A stretch of 63,827 nucleotides of DNA, counting the filler, from Stramenopiles sp. TOSAG23-2 (Eukaryota), in NCBI GenBank assembly GCA_900128395.1. It is 6 parts of 6 records of this genome, joined end to end, with 100 filler letters (N's around TTAATTAATTAA, not from the genome) between each part and the next. Parts side by side here need not be neighbours in the genome. Positions count along the whole stretch, not along the records: positions 12,557 to 25,003 come from LT649852.1; positions 25,104 to 37,547 come from LT649853.1; 4 more parts are not named here. One strand, 5' to 3'. Of the stretch, positions 23,501-33,774 are shown piece by piece. Below the pieces are notes generated by a model. That model was not told the origin of the DNA and searched no databases. It saw nothing but the letters and a program-made list of their open reading frames with translations. The stretch's first letter is position 1; every line of letters starts with the position of its first letter. Made by a program: the position numbers and the translations under genes.

Positions 23501-24782
23501 ATCGAATTTATTGTTACGCTTGTCCCCGCAAATAAGTGCAAATATTGATGCAAATCCATATGTTTACAAATGCTTTAAAGAATTTACTAACTTTTTAGCT
23601 AAATCAGTAACAAGTTCATTAGAATTAATAGCATCAAGAATTCAAAATGTCAAAACAGCAACGGATGATTCGCCAGTTCGATATTCCACATTCGTAGCTA
23701 ATGATCAAATTGAAGGTGCAGTTGTAATTTTACCAAGTTTATTATCATTGATCAATTCACCTTTGTTATTAGAGAACTTATGTCACGCACCATTAGCGAT
23801 TAATATCTCTAAAGTTTTGTTACATTTGCAATCGATGATGTCTGATGAGTGGGATGATATTCGTAGAGTTTTATTCGTCTTGTTAGAGGCATTTAGTCAT
23901 AATGCAAAGTTGTTGCTGCATCCTGGTCAACAAAGAGTCGTCGTGCGCGCTTTATTGCCATCATTAGTGCAGTGGCTAGATAGCAGCAATGGCAATATTC
24001 GTGTACTTTTTATGAAAATTAGTTGTGATATTTTAATGACATTATTTCAAGGTATAAGTGGTAAATTCGAGGATCAACTTGAAGATGAAAATGTTGAAGA
24101 ATTATCACATGGCGTTCGCGTATTTATTGAAAATGAAATGTTGCCTATGTATAAAATTATCATAAAACAGGAGGAACCTGTGCCACAATACGCATTGAAA
24201 ATTTTGTGTGCGGCACTTGATTATGACAGGGGGTACGTACATGCAATACTTGAGTATAATTTATTGCGTGATGTTATTCGCTGTCTATATACGCGAACAC
24301 GTGTTGGTGAAGGGGAAATGTCTGTAAGCACTCATGCCGCTAAAGTTTTATGCCATATCGTTAAAGATGGAGAAGCAAAAATAGAGGATTTGCATCGATT
24401 GGATGTTTCGAACCAACTATGCAAAGCAATATTATCTGCGTTGCGTGAAGGTGTCGAGCCGTCCTATGATCCACTGGTTGATGTTCTGTACGTCATATTA
24501 AAGCATGCAAATCAAATCGTTGCTGGTAATGCTCGTGGAAACTCTTCTGGTAATTTAGTATCCGATTTACACGTATTGGAAGTAAAAGAATCGTGTGAAG
24601 ATTTTCTTGCATTGGATTTTTTAGATGCATTAAAGCAATTAATACAAAATGGCAGAAATAAAATGCGAGATTATATTGATGATGATGATGATGATGATGA
24701 ATATCATTACAGCAGAATGGCAAGCAAATGTATGTCATTGTTGGAAGATATTTTTGGTAATAGATTGAAGTATGGGAAGTAA
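20547..24782 (+). CDS. ULK4: ULK4/RUNKEL kinase-like protein with HEAT/ARM repeats
   Basis: [13 protein letters not shown]...[47 protein letters not shown]; C-terminal [16 protein letters not shown] repeats. Confidence 0.92.
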   Translation: [1411 protein letters not shown]

Positions 24783-25003
24783 AAAAATATTTTTTTTATG
24801 ATATCATACTAGAGGAGGGGACTGCAAACTTCCTCCGGTGTGGTGTGTAATTTGGTACGAGTCGTATAAAAACATTTCTAAAAATATGTCACTAAAATTA
24901 TTTAAATAAAATTACTCGGTAGTACAGTAAAAAGAGGATTAATGATTTTTAATTACATATATATAGAGTTATCTACATTAAAGATGGCGAAAATTTTTTT
25001 TTT

Positions 25004-25103
25004 NNNNNNNNNNNNNNNNNNNNNNNNNNNNNNNNNNNNNNNNNNNNTTAATTAATTAANNNNNNNNNNNNNNNNNNNNNNNNNNNNNNNNNNNNNNNNN
25101 NNN
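25004..25103. other. Artificial contig spacer
   Basis: N run with TTAATTAATTAA. Confidence 0.98.
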
Positions 25104-25480
25104 AGATATTAGGAAAATATTTATATATTTTTCAAAGTTTCTTCGATGCTTAGACTACGAAAGAAATAGGTTTTGCAGCCAATACAGGCAATAGCTCCAT
25201 CTTGCACACCTTTTTAAGGATCTACGTGTTACCATAGGCAAAAAAGTATTATATTGTAGACTACCAGGTACAGAGCGCATCTATGCACCTATTACAATGC
25301 AGCGAATGGATTTAGATTGCCAGGATTGCAACGATTCATCTCATGCACACTCGATGCACTACTTTAACTATTAATTACCAGATTACGTATTTATATTTAT
25401 GTATTAACCTGTCCTGTATTGTAGAAAGAAGAATCCCAAAGACAAACATATCGATATAACGAGAATCAAAAAAAAAAATC

Positions 25481-27388
25481 ATGCGTTGTGAAGAGGGAAG
25501 TAAGACACGAAATAATGCAAATATTAAACCGGCAATATATGTATTAATCATTACATGTATTATTAATATCGTATTATTTATAATATTTGATAATTATTAT
25601 TGTTTCACATTAGATGCTCGCTCAATTAGTTTAGGTAGAATTTTATTAGGTTTCATTTCGTTATATGATTTATATTATTTTCGTTTAAAATATGCGTATT
25701 CGTTTTATACAGATGATGGTATGTGGCCAAGAACTTTAATATTAGAAGGTAAAGATCCACAAGCGAAAAGAACTGATTTTTCACCATACATGGCAGTATC
25801 ATCTCATGTTCAAATTATTGCTTGTTTTTCAATTGTAGGCATTGCATCTTTTTTTACAATAATAGGTTATTGTACACATTTTTCTGTTTTTATTTTATGG
25901 TGTCATACACGTGGATTTGCTTTTCGTAATAGTGGCGTACAACAAGCAGGCGACACATTACATCGTTTGTTATTATTTTGGATGATGTTTTTACCATCCA
26001 ATGAACATTTTTCAATAGATTCATACAATAAAATTAATTCTACTTCTGTAGATGGAATGACTAGTAGTATTAATAGTATTGCTACGTTTGGTTTATTATT
26101 GCAATTAAGTTTAATCTATCAATTTACATCGAGTTTTAAAGTCAATCCAAAATGGACAGTTGATGGAAGTGCCATTTATTATGTATTAAATAACAAAGCA
26201 TTTGTTTATGAACCATTTGGTCGTGATATTTTGCTGAAATATTTATCACCGTTTTTGTTATCTATTTTAACAAAATCAACTGTATGGTTAGAACGTTTTG
26301 CACCATTATTTATTTTTGTTTATCCCTTGCGTTACTTGGGTGTTTTTTTATTTATTGGGTTTCATCTTGGATTATATTTTTCCATGCGTTTGGGATTATT
26401 TCCATTAATATGCGTTGCTGGTTGGATTATTTTAATACCAACAGATGCATGGAGCGGTGATGAAACAAGTTCTATTATGAATGTGACGGTACATGAATCA
26501 TTTAATACTCCTATAACGATTACGTTTAGTACCATGATAATAACATTTATAGAAAATATTATGTATAGGATTGTACAAATATTCGCCATTTATTTAGCAA
26601 TTGCATCAAATATTAACACGTTGCCAAAAATGCAACTCAACGATGAGAATTTATCTTTTTTTAAATGTGGAAAAAATCATATTATTAAATATTGTATAAA
26701 TAACTATGTTTTAGAAATGCCAAAAGAAATATATGAAGTTGCGCGTTTCCTTGGTCAAAATCAACAATGGTTTTTATTTGATAAACCACAAGATTATTCT
26801 TTTTGGTTTGATATAGTTGGTTTGGTTGAAATAAATAATAATGATGGTGATGATGTTGACAACAAAAAACGAAAAGTAATTCATGTTAATTTACATCGAA
26901 TTTATCAACAATACATAAACAAAACGTATTTGTTAAATTATGGCAAGATTAAAAATAACAATGGTATAAGTACATATAAACCTATTAATACGAGTGAAAA
27001 TTTTAATAAAGATTTCAATTGGGACGAATTGTTTGCAAATAATCGATTTAGAAAATTATACCAACGCTTAGCTGATAGTAAAAATAGGTATAACCATTTT
27101 CATGAAGCATTTGCAATGCATATGGGGAAAATTTTTGATTTATCAATGAAATCAAATGATTTAAATATTCCTAATGGCAGTACATTGAAGGAATTGAAAT
27201 TCATAGCATATCGTAAACAAACCTTGCCATGGAATGATTTTGTAAATGGAATACAAAAAATTGAGGACAATAATGATGATGATGCTGATGCTTTATCTTC
27301 CACAATAGCATGTAAAGAAATGTGGTCTTATAAATATTATTTACGAGTAATAGATGATTCCAATGATGCCAAGGGTAAAAGAGAGTAA
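25481..27388 (+). CDS. HTTM-domain membrane protein (vitamin K-dependent carboxylase-related fold)
   Basis: DARSISLGRILLG, FYTDDGMWPR, GDTLHRLLLFWMMFLP, FSID, FHLGLYFSMRLGLFP, QQWFLF. Confidence 0.75.
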   Translation: MRCEEGSKTRNNANIKPAIYVLIITCIINIVLFIIFDNYYCFTLDARSISLGRILLGFISLYDLYYFRLKYAYSFYTDDGMWPRTLILEGKDPQAKRTDFSPYMAVSSHVQIIACFSIVGIASFFTIIGYCTHFSVFILWCHTRGFAFRNSGVQQAGDTLHRLLLFWMMFLPSNEHFSIDSYNKINSTSVDGMTSSINSIATFGLLLQLSLIYQFTSSFKVNPKWTVDGSAIYYVLNNKAFVYEPFGRDILLKYLSPFLLSILTKSTVWLERFAPLFIFVYPLRYLGVFLFIGFHLGLYFSMRLGLFPLICVAGWIILIPTDAWSGDETSSIMNVTVHESFNTPITITFSTMIITFIENIMYRIVQIFAIYLAIASNINTLPKMQLNDENLSFFKCGKNHIIKYCINNYVLEMPKEIYEVARFLGQNQQWFLFDKPQDYSFWFDIVGLVEINNNDGDDVDNKKRKVIHVNLHRIYQQYINKTYLLNYGKIKNNNGISTYKPINTSENFNKDFNWDELFANNRFRKLYQRLADSKNRYNHFHEAFAMHMGKIFDLSMKSNDLNIPNGSTLKELKFIAYRKQTLPWNDFVNGIQKIEDNNDDDADALSSTIACKEMWSYKYYLRVIDDSNDAKGKRE

Positions 27389-27737
27389 TCGTGGCAAAAT
27401 CGCCGTTATACCTTTTTTATTTCCTATCAGTATACGAATATTAATAGTAGTCTTTTAATATAGTACAACTTACTGACTGATTTTTTCGTTATATTTAGTA
27501 TGAGCGTGTTTACTATTACTATTACTACTATTACTATATATGATGATGCGCTAAACTCAAAATTGTAACACACATCTTGAATGATTAATCATGAACACAT
27601 TTATATATGTTTATATATGTATGTACAAATACACTGTGTGTGCAACATATATATATATACATATGTTTGTTAAATAGTAAAGAGGAAGAAGAATATTAAA
27701 CATATTTTTATAAAATAATTATTTGGCCTCGAAAAAA

Positions 27738-28769
27738 ATGAATGTATATAACATGATTAAAATTATCATTTTATTCATTGTTACATATCATAATATTGTT
27801 ACCTTGGCACAGACAACAACTACGGTTGCACCAACGACGGTTACATCAACAACAACAGCGGCGGCATCGTCAACAACAGCATCGTCAACAACAGCAGCGG
27901 CATCGTCAACAACAGCATCGTCAACAACGGCATCATCAACGACAGCATCTGCGACAACAGCATCTTCAACCACTGCAGTATCTACAACAACAGCAGTATC
28001 AACAATATCATCATCAACAACAGCAGTATCGACAACGACAGCCGGCTTAAATGCAAATTGGGATTGCAAAGCAGCATCTGGTGAATATAAAATTTATTCC
28101 ACTGGATTTTGTCCATCGCCATCGTCAAATGAAGTCAAAGGAGTCTACGTAACTGTGAATGAAATTTCAGTCGATGGAGTATTGAAAATTACTGGTATTG
28201 CCGCTGTAGCAAGGGAATGGCCATCAATCAGCGGTGCATTAGATCATAAGCTCTTTAAAGTAAGTTCAACGGGACGAGAATTGCATTTGACAAATGTAAA
28301 ATTAATCAATGGAAAAAATAGTAAAGCTGATTCCTCTGGGGGAGCCATTGAAGTCTTGTTGTCGGGGAAAGCATTTGTTCAACAATGTATTTTTGCAAAC
28401 AATGAAGCGAAAATAGGTGGCGCAATATCTGTTGAGTATGGTAACATTGATGTAGTAAGCTCCATTTTTGAGGGATCGGCAGGATTTACAAAGACACTTG
28501 AAGCACCTGATGTATTTGGTGAAGGTGCGTTATTGAAAGAAAATTATGAGCGTACGGCAACTATAAAATCATCGGGCAAGACAACTCTGTTAAGTTTAAC
28601 AAGGGAAAAATTCAATGAATTGAAGAAAAATAATAGTAATAAACTGTCTTTAGAAACGATTGATGAAACATTGGAGAAAAATGTAGCAAAATATGAAAAA
28701 GAAGATAAAACGCGTGAGGCTGGTAAAGATGAGAATGGTGGTGGTGGTGGTGGTGGTTTTGAGGTTTAA
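27738..28769 (+). CDS. Signal peptide, mucin-like stalk and short GGAI beta-helix fused to a partial cNMP-binding domain (probably internally deleted receptor gene)
   Basis: Hydrophobic N-terminus; ASSTT repeats; GGAIEV...FANNEAKIGGAI; then VFGEGALL...RTATIK...LSLTREKF with no TM between. Confidence 0.65.
   Translation: MNVYNMIKIIILFIVTYHNIVTLAQTTTTVAPTTVTSTTTAAASSTTASSTTAAASSTTASSTTASSTTASATTASSTTAVSTTTAVSTISSSTTAVSTTTAGLNANWDCKAASGEYKIYSTGFCPSPSSNEVKGVYVTVNEISVDGVLKITGIAAVAREWPSISGALDHKLFKVSSTGRELHLTNVKLINGKNSKADSSGGAIEVLLSGKAFVQQCIFANNEAKIGGAISVEYGNIDVVSSIFEGSAGFTKTLEAPDVFGEGALLKENYERTATIKSSGKTTLLSLTREKFNELKKNNSNKLSLETIDETLEKNVAKYEKEDKTREAGKDENGGGGGGGFEV
27840..28040 (+). repeat. Coding minisatellite (about 15-bp GCATCGTCAACAACA units, ASSTT)
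   Basis: Directly visible tandem units. Confidence 0.85.
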
Positions 28770-29022
28770 AAAGAATGCTGCGCTATGTACAAGGCGTAAA
28801 TATTCTACTCGTAAACAAATATTTTGTGACGAAGTATTTTTTATTATATAATTTATTAAAAAAATATTTGTATACTCTTCGTATTTTATATAAAAGTTTT
28901 TAAAGTTTTTTTTACACGCACTTTAATTTTTCTTCTTTTATAAATATTATATATGTGCATATGGATTTTCCTCCTCCTATAATAGTCATACATTTTTAAA
29001 TAATCAAAATATACTCTGAATT

Positions 29023-29898
29023 CTAATGCGACGGATTAATACATGCTTTTGCACCTAATTCACATACCACATCCAATTTTCTTAAATCTTCCGTCACTTT
29101 ATATTCCCATTTTCTGGGATCAAATACTTCCAACCCATTGTATGGTTGCCATAATCTAACAATTTCACCCGTATCAATTGATTTCCATACATGATGAGGA
29201 CCTTTAACAAAATGATCAACCATTAATTCTCCCATGCCAATAAATTCAACATCTAATGTTTCACGACCAACATACAAAGCATCATGTGCCCAATCATTTG
29301 ATACTGGACCAACACCAACATTAATACATGGACAAATTGGTATTGGATCAATACCGTATTTCGTAATTTCTGGATGCACATTATTATCAATATGATGAAA
29401 ATGTTCCGTCATATTTGTTAATGGCAATGGTGTTTTGCTTCTTAAATAATCTATTCTCAACGCAATATTATCAATATCATAATTAAATACACCCTCTTGT
29501 CGTTTGTAACAGTGGGAACCATTTGAAATAGCTGCAGGAATTTGAATTAAGCATAAAGGATCACGTTTCACAAATATTTGAATCTCATGAAAACCAGAGT
29601 TGACAAATTGTTTTGGAAAGATTGGTGGTTTTGGTACAATACCTTTTGCTTTCATTTCAGCAGCTGTACCAATTGATGTGCACTTAATAGGTGTAAATTC
29701 ATTTAATTTGTCTCCAGATACCATACCTCCAATACCTTCACAGGTGGTACAGTTTCTGAATAAATCAGGACAGTCTGCATCATATTCATTACACCTTCTT
29801 AATCTTCCCCACTTGTGTGGATTCCCGTCACAAATACTTTGTGCCGGTATAATCATATTTATAACAATTACCACTATTAATAATAGTTTATTCATCAT
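29023..29898 (-). CDS. Secreted Cys-rich protein, possibly LolA/ependymin-like fold
   Basis: Signal peptide; PPIFPKQF, GVFNYD...LRIDY, CPC, DWAHDALYVGRE motifs; fold assignment is inference. Confidence 0.6.
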   Translation of the reverse strand: MMNKLLLIVVIVINMIIPAQSICDGNPHKWGRLRRCNEYDADCPDLFRNCTTCEGIGGMVSGDKLNEFTPIKCTSIGTAAEMKAKGIVPKPPIFPKQFVNSGFHEIQIFVKRDPLCLIQIPAAISNGSHCYKRQEGVFNYDIDNIALRIDYLRSKTPLPLTNMTEHFHHIDNNVHPEITKYGIDPIPICPCINVGVGPVSNDWAHDALYVGRETLDVEFIGMGELMVDHFVKGPHHVWKSIDTGEIVRLWQPYNGLEVFDPRKWEYKVTEDLRKLDVVCELGAKACINPSH

Positions 29899-29957
29899 TT
29901 TAAAAATATAGTACGGAATTTTTCAAATGGTATTCTTTTCGTTTGTATGTTTTTCAA

Positions 29958-30056
29958 TACTATAACAATTAAATTAGCGTCTTTAATTAGTAATGACTAA
30001 TTGTAATACTACTATAACAATTAAATTAGCGTCTTTAATTAGTAATGACTAATTGT
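29958..30056. repeat. Tandem duplication with 52-bp period
   Basis: tactataacaattaaattagcgtctttaattagtaatgactaattgt twice. Confidence 0.9.
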
Positions 30057-30488
30057 TTTATCTATACAACATAGTATATTGAATTTTCTATTTTTCCTCG
30101 ATTGATTCTCACCCACAATTGTTCGATACGGTTTTGATGACGACATCACCATGTTCAAGTTATTGGATTTTGTATAGTGCTATTATCTTGGCCGCTATCC
30201 AGATTTATAGTGCTATTACCTTGTTAATGGCACACACATATTTCATCGGAAGCTGGGAAGGTGGGAAGGTCGGAAGTCGGAAGCTATATTTTTTGGTGAA
30301 AAATGATGATACAAATTGAAGAAAATATTTTTGATGATTGATGATTATAACTGAGAGTATTAAAAAAATACGAACGTGTGTTATATTTTTTTCAAAACAA
30401 ATGAAAGGAACACTTTAACTTTTTAAAAAACGAGTGTGTGTTTTTGATTTTATTTTTCGCACACGCACACACAACATTATCCCACTCC

Positions 30489-31574
30489 TCACCTTCCATT
30501 ATTAATTTGATATCCATATTGTTGACCAGGATATTCTTGATCAAATCCAAATTTTGTACCACTACGACTGCTATTACTACCCGTACTACTAGGACCATCT
30601 AAATTACCACTATTTTGATTAACATTGTTATTGTGATTACTATTACTAATACTACGATAATCATGTTGTGGTCCATGTCCACCAGAATCTAACAATTGTT
30701 CTTCTGCAGGTGGTGGTGGTGGCAATCTACGAAAATAATACAAAATTAAAATACATGGTAATGTTTCAAACAATATATAATATCCACATATTAATATCAA
30801 TGGAGATATACCAGGTAAATCTTTATCATATCCTACAAGGTTTGAAATCGTACCATATGCAATGAAACCACTACGTAATGTAAAGCACAATGTACATATA
30901 ATACCCAATGCACGCACTTCATTTACTTTACCACTAACAATTCTAAATTCAACCGGTATGCTACTTAAAGCAGTGCGTGTACGATTGCCAAATACAACTA
31001 AAATGAAAGCGGTAATTGCAAATACAATTGCTATACAAGATGAAGATACAACACGTAACGGTGTTAATGCTGGTTTTAATTGTTGAAAATTACTTGATAA
31101 CGCATATAATGTCCAGAACGACACTTGCATGATGTAAACGCATACATTTGCGGTGATGCATAATGGTCGAAACCATATATCGTAGACTTTTACTCTATCT
31201 TGTGATGTATAATATACTTTAGCCCATGATAATAATAAAATAGTTGAGGTACTGAAAAATAATACACCTGGCAATTCGTTTAATATGAATAACCATGTAG
31301 GAAATCCTCGTCCATTTAATATAGAATCTGAGTTTTGCTCATCCCAATGCACGGTTACGTATACCCAATGAAAATGAACTCCTAGGAAAAAAATACATCT
31401 GGTACAACTACATAAAAAAATCATGACTTGCAATAATTTCTGTGTCGTCCATTTTTTTAAATAATAATGCACACGTCCAAGTAATACTAACGTAGTAATT
31501 GATAATAAACCAGTAATGATACCAAGTGCTAAAAACACCCAATATAATGCATCGATCGGTGCAACAGGTACCAT
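30489..31574 (-). CDS. THH1/TOM1/TOM3 (GPR137-like) seven-TM protein
   Basis: WTTQKLL, NELPGVLFFST..LLLSWAKVYY, ICTLCFTLR, YYILFETLP..LILYYFRRLPP. Confidence 0.85.
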   Translation of the reverse strand: MVPVAPIDALYWVFLALGIITGLLSITTLVLLGRVHYYLKKWTTQKLLQVMIFLCSCTRCIFFLGVHFHWVYVTVHWDEQNSDSILNGRGFPTWLFILNELPGVLFFSTSTILLLSWAKVYYTSQDRVKVYDIWFRPLCITANVCVYIMQVSFWTLYALSSNFQQLKPALTPLRVVSSSCIAIVFAITAFILVVFGNRTRTALSSIPVEFRIVSGKVNEVRALGIICTLCFTLRSGFIAYGTISNLVGYDKDLPGISPLILICGYYILFETLPCILILYYFRRLPPPPPAEEQLLDSGGHGPQHDYRSISNSNHNNNVNQNSGNLDGPSSTGSNSSRSGTKFGFDQEYPGQQYGYQINNGR

Positions 31575-32046
31575 ATTTATTTATTTTTGCAGATGTACGG
31601 ATATGTGCTTCAATTGTTTTTTTTTTTATTGTATATCTTTTATATATGATTGTTGTTGTATTTGTTTCTATCTATCTATCTGTATATCTATCAATTAATA
31701 TTAATAATTGTGTGTGGTGTGTACAAATCTTGTTGCATCAGACGACGACAAGGCATCACAGACAGAGAGGTGTTAAAAACAGGGTTTTTTTTGAAAAATA
31801 ATTGGGGCGATCGATGATGATGCTCCCGGGGTGACACAACAGACTTTGTCACCCATCATCCATGTTTGGAAGAAGAAGCTTCTTCATAACATATTGCAAT
31901 ATATATATATATATGTATATACATAAAAGTAGAAATATATTTGTATTATATTATATTATATTATACATCGTAAAGAAACAACTTGAAGTGACATAAAAGT
32001 TTATTGATATGTATGTGTAGATATCAATTTGGTTCTTTATAAAAAT

Positions 32047-33579
32047 ATGCTCCTCACGTTAAGTAAAAGATCATCATCTATCATCAAACTTCCACAATCA
32101 TCTTTACAATTGTCTAGGAGAGTATACAGTACGACGAAGAAAGATGCAGGTGGGTATTCCCAATCACGGCGTAATTATAGTTCGATAAATAAGGGAAAGA
32201 AAATCAATAAAATACAACATAAGCCAAAACATGTTAGCAAATTCAGGGTTCCCGATTTACCATATACCAGGTATGCATGGATAGGCTATGGCCTTACTTT
32301 TTGCGTGGGGTATTGGTGGTGTAGAACAATATATGTAGAGGAAGAACTAGAGGTAATAACATTTAAACAAAATGAACAACTATTTGTTGATCCAAATTGT
32401 AGTATTATTCTTGATTCTGGTGCTGCATCGACAACATTACCCATAAGTAGCGTTAAAAGTCGCAATGGAGAAAAATTTAAAGTCAGACGTGCTGATGAAA
32501 AAATGATTACTGTAACCAATGCTAAAATTAATTATGAGTATAAAGCAAATATTGGTATTAATAAAAATGTTTTATTTACGAAATCTTCAAATAGTAGTCA
32601 AGGTTTAATATCATTAGGTGCTTTACTAGATGAATTTAACGAAACTGCAATTTTATTCTCTCTGAATAGTGCATATGCAATAAAATTGAAGGATCTGAAA
32701 AAAAAATTGAAGGAGCTGGAAAATGTTGGTCCACTACCACTGCAATTGATTGCAGAAAGACATCCTTTAATTTCATTTATAAAGAAGTATGATAACAAAT
32801 TTAATTATGATAAGGATCATTCCCATGATATGTGGTACTGTTACCCTAAAATCTTATTTCCAGAATATGATAGCAGACTAAAATGGCAATCCAGGCAATA
32901 CAATGATCCCCCTGTGCTATCACAACCATTATTATTTGATACTGGGGCTACAAACCATGTATTTCCAATGTCTTCTTTCAAAAGCAATACAAAGTTTGAG
33001 GTTATTCCTGAAATAGTTAGCAAGACTCCGGATGATTCAAGCCCTTTGATTCTAAACAAGGCATTAAACAAGCTAGGACTTTTATACGAAGTATATGTAT
33101 CAGAAAAGGCTAATGGCATCATAATTTCTCCACTGCACATGCTTCTAGTGCTTAGGCGTATTCACGAATTAACATTCCTGAAAGATGTAAAATCTCTTAA
33201 CGATGGAACTTTCAGTAAGGCTCCTAAAATACAACCTAAATTTCCGCCTTTCCATGGTGCATTTCTGTTTACGCGAACTTGTGTGTATTACATTGGCACT
33301 GACGATATTGATATGGTAAAAAAACACAAAATTGCAACTTTTAAAAATGGTCTTTGGGAGATAGATAAAAAGTATTTTGGTTTGTCAGGTTCGGAATCAA
33401 ATAATATACCCATTATGTCAGACGTATGGGCCAAATCCAAATACGATTATATACTTGCAGTCCAGAAGAAACCTAACCAAATTGTGCGGGAAGATGGTAA
33501 GATGTTGAGGCGTCAAAAGGGTGAGAAAAAAAAATACATAATAGTAAGTGATGGCATTATGACAAACATTCGCCTTTAA
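32047..33579 (+). CDS. Membrane-anchored protein with two tandem copia-like aspartic protease domains and a mitochondrial-type presequence
   Basis: R/S/L-rich N-terminus; TM YAWIGYGLTFCVGYWW; IILDSGAAS (D at 32413) and LLFDTGATNH (D at 32938); first ATG at 32047. Confidence 0.65.
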   Translation: MLLTLSKRSSSIIKLPQSSLQLSRRVYSTTKKDAGGYSQSRRNYSSINKGKKINKIQHKPKHVSKFRVPDLPYTRYAWIGYGLTFCVGYWWCRTIYVEEELEVITFKQNEQLFVDPNCSIILDSGAASTTLPISSVKSRNGEKFKVRRADEKMITVTNAKINYEYKANIGINKNVLFTKSSNSSQGLISLGALLDEFNETAILFSLNSAYAIKLKDLKKKLKELENVGPLPLQLIAERHPLISFIKKYDNKFNYDKDHSHDMWYCYPKILFPEYDSRLKWQSRQYNDPPVLSQPLLFDTGATNHVFPMSSFKSNTKFEVIPEIVSKTPDDSSPLILNKALNKLGLLYEVYVSEKANGIIISPLHMLLVLRRIHELTFLKDVKSLNDGTFSKAPKIQPKFPPFHGAFLFTRTCVYYIGTDDIDMVKKHKIATFKNGLWEIDKKYFGLSGSESNNIPIMSDVWAKSKYDYILAVQKKPNQIVREDGKMLRRQKGEKKKYIIVSDGIMTNIRL

Positions 33580-33774
33580 AACATTTTTTTATATTAAAAA
33601 ATTAAAAAATGGCAATCACATTTTTTAACTCTCTCACAAAATATCCTATCTTGGCAATAATAAAAAAAACGCGGAGTAAGAAATCCAACAAATGCCAATT
33701 TATTAAAATTATAATATACTTCGTATTTTTTTACGAAGTATAATATTAATACACCTACCGCTACCCGTCTCTGC

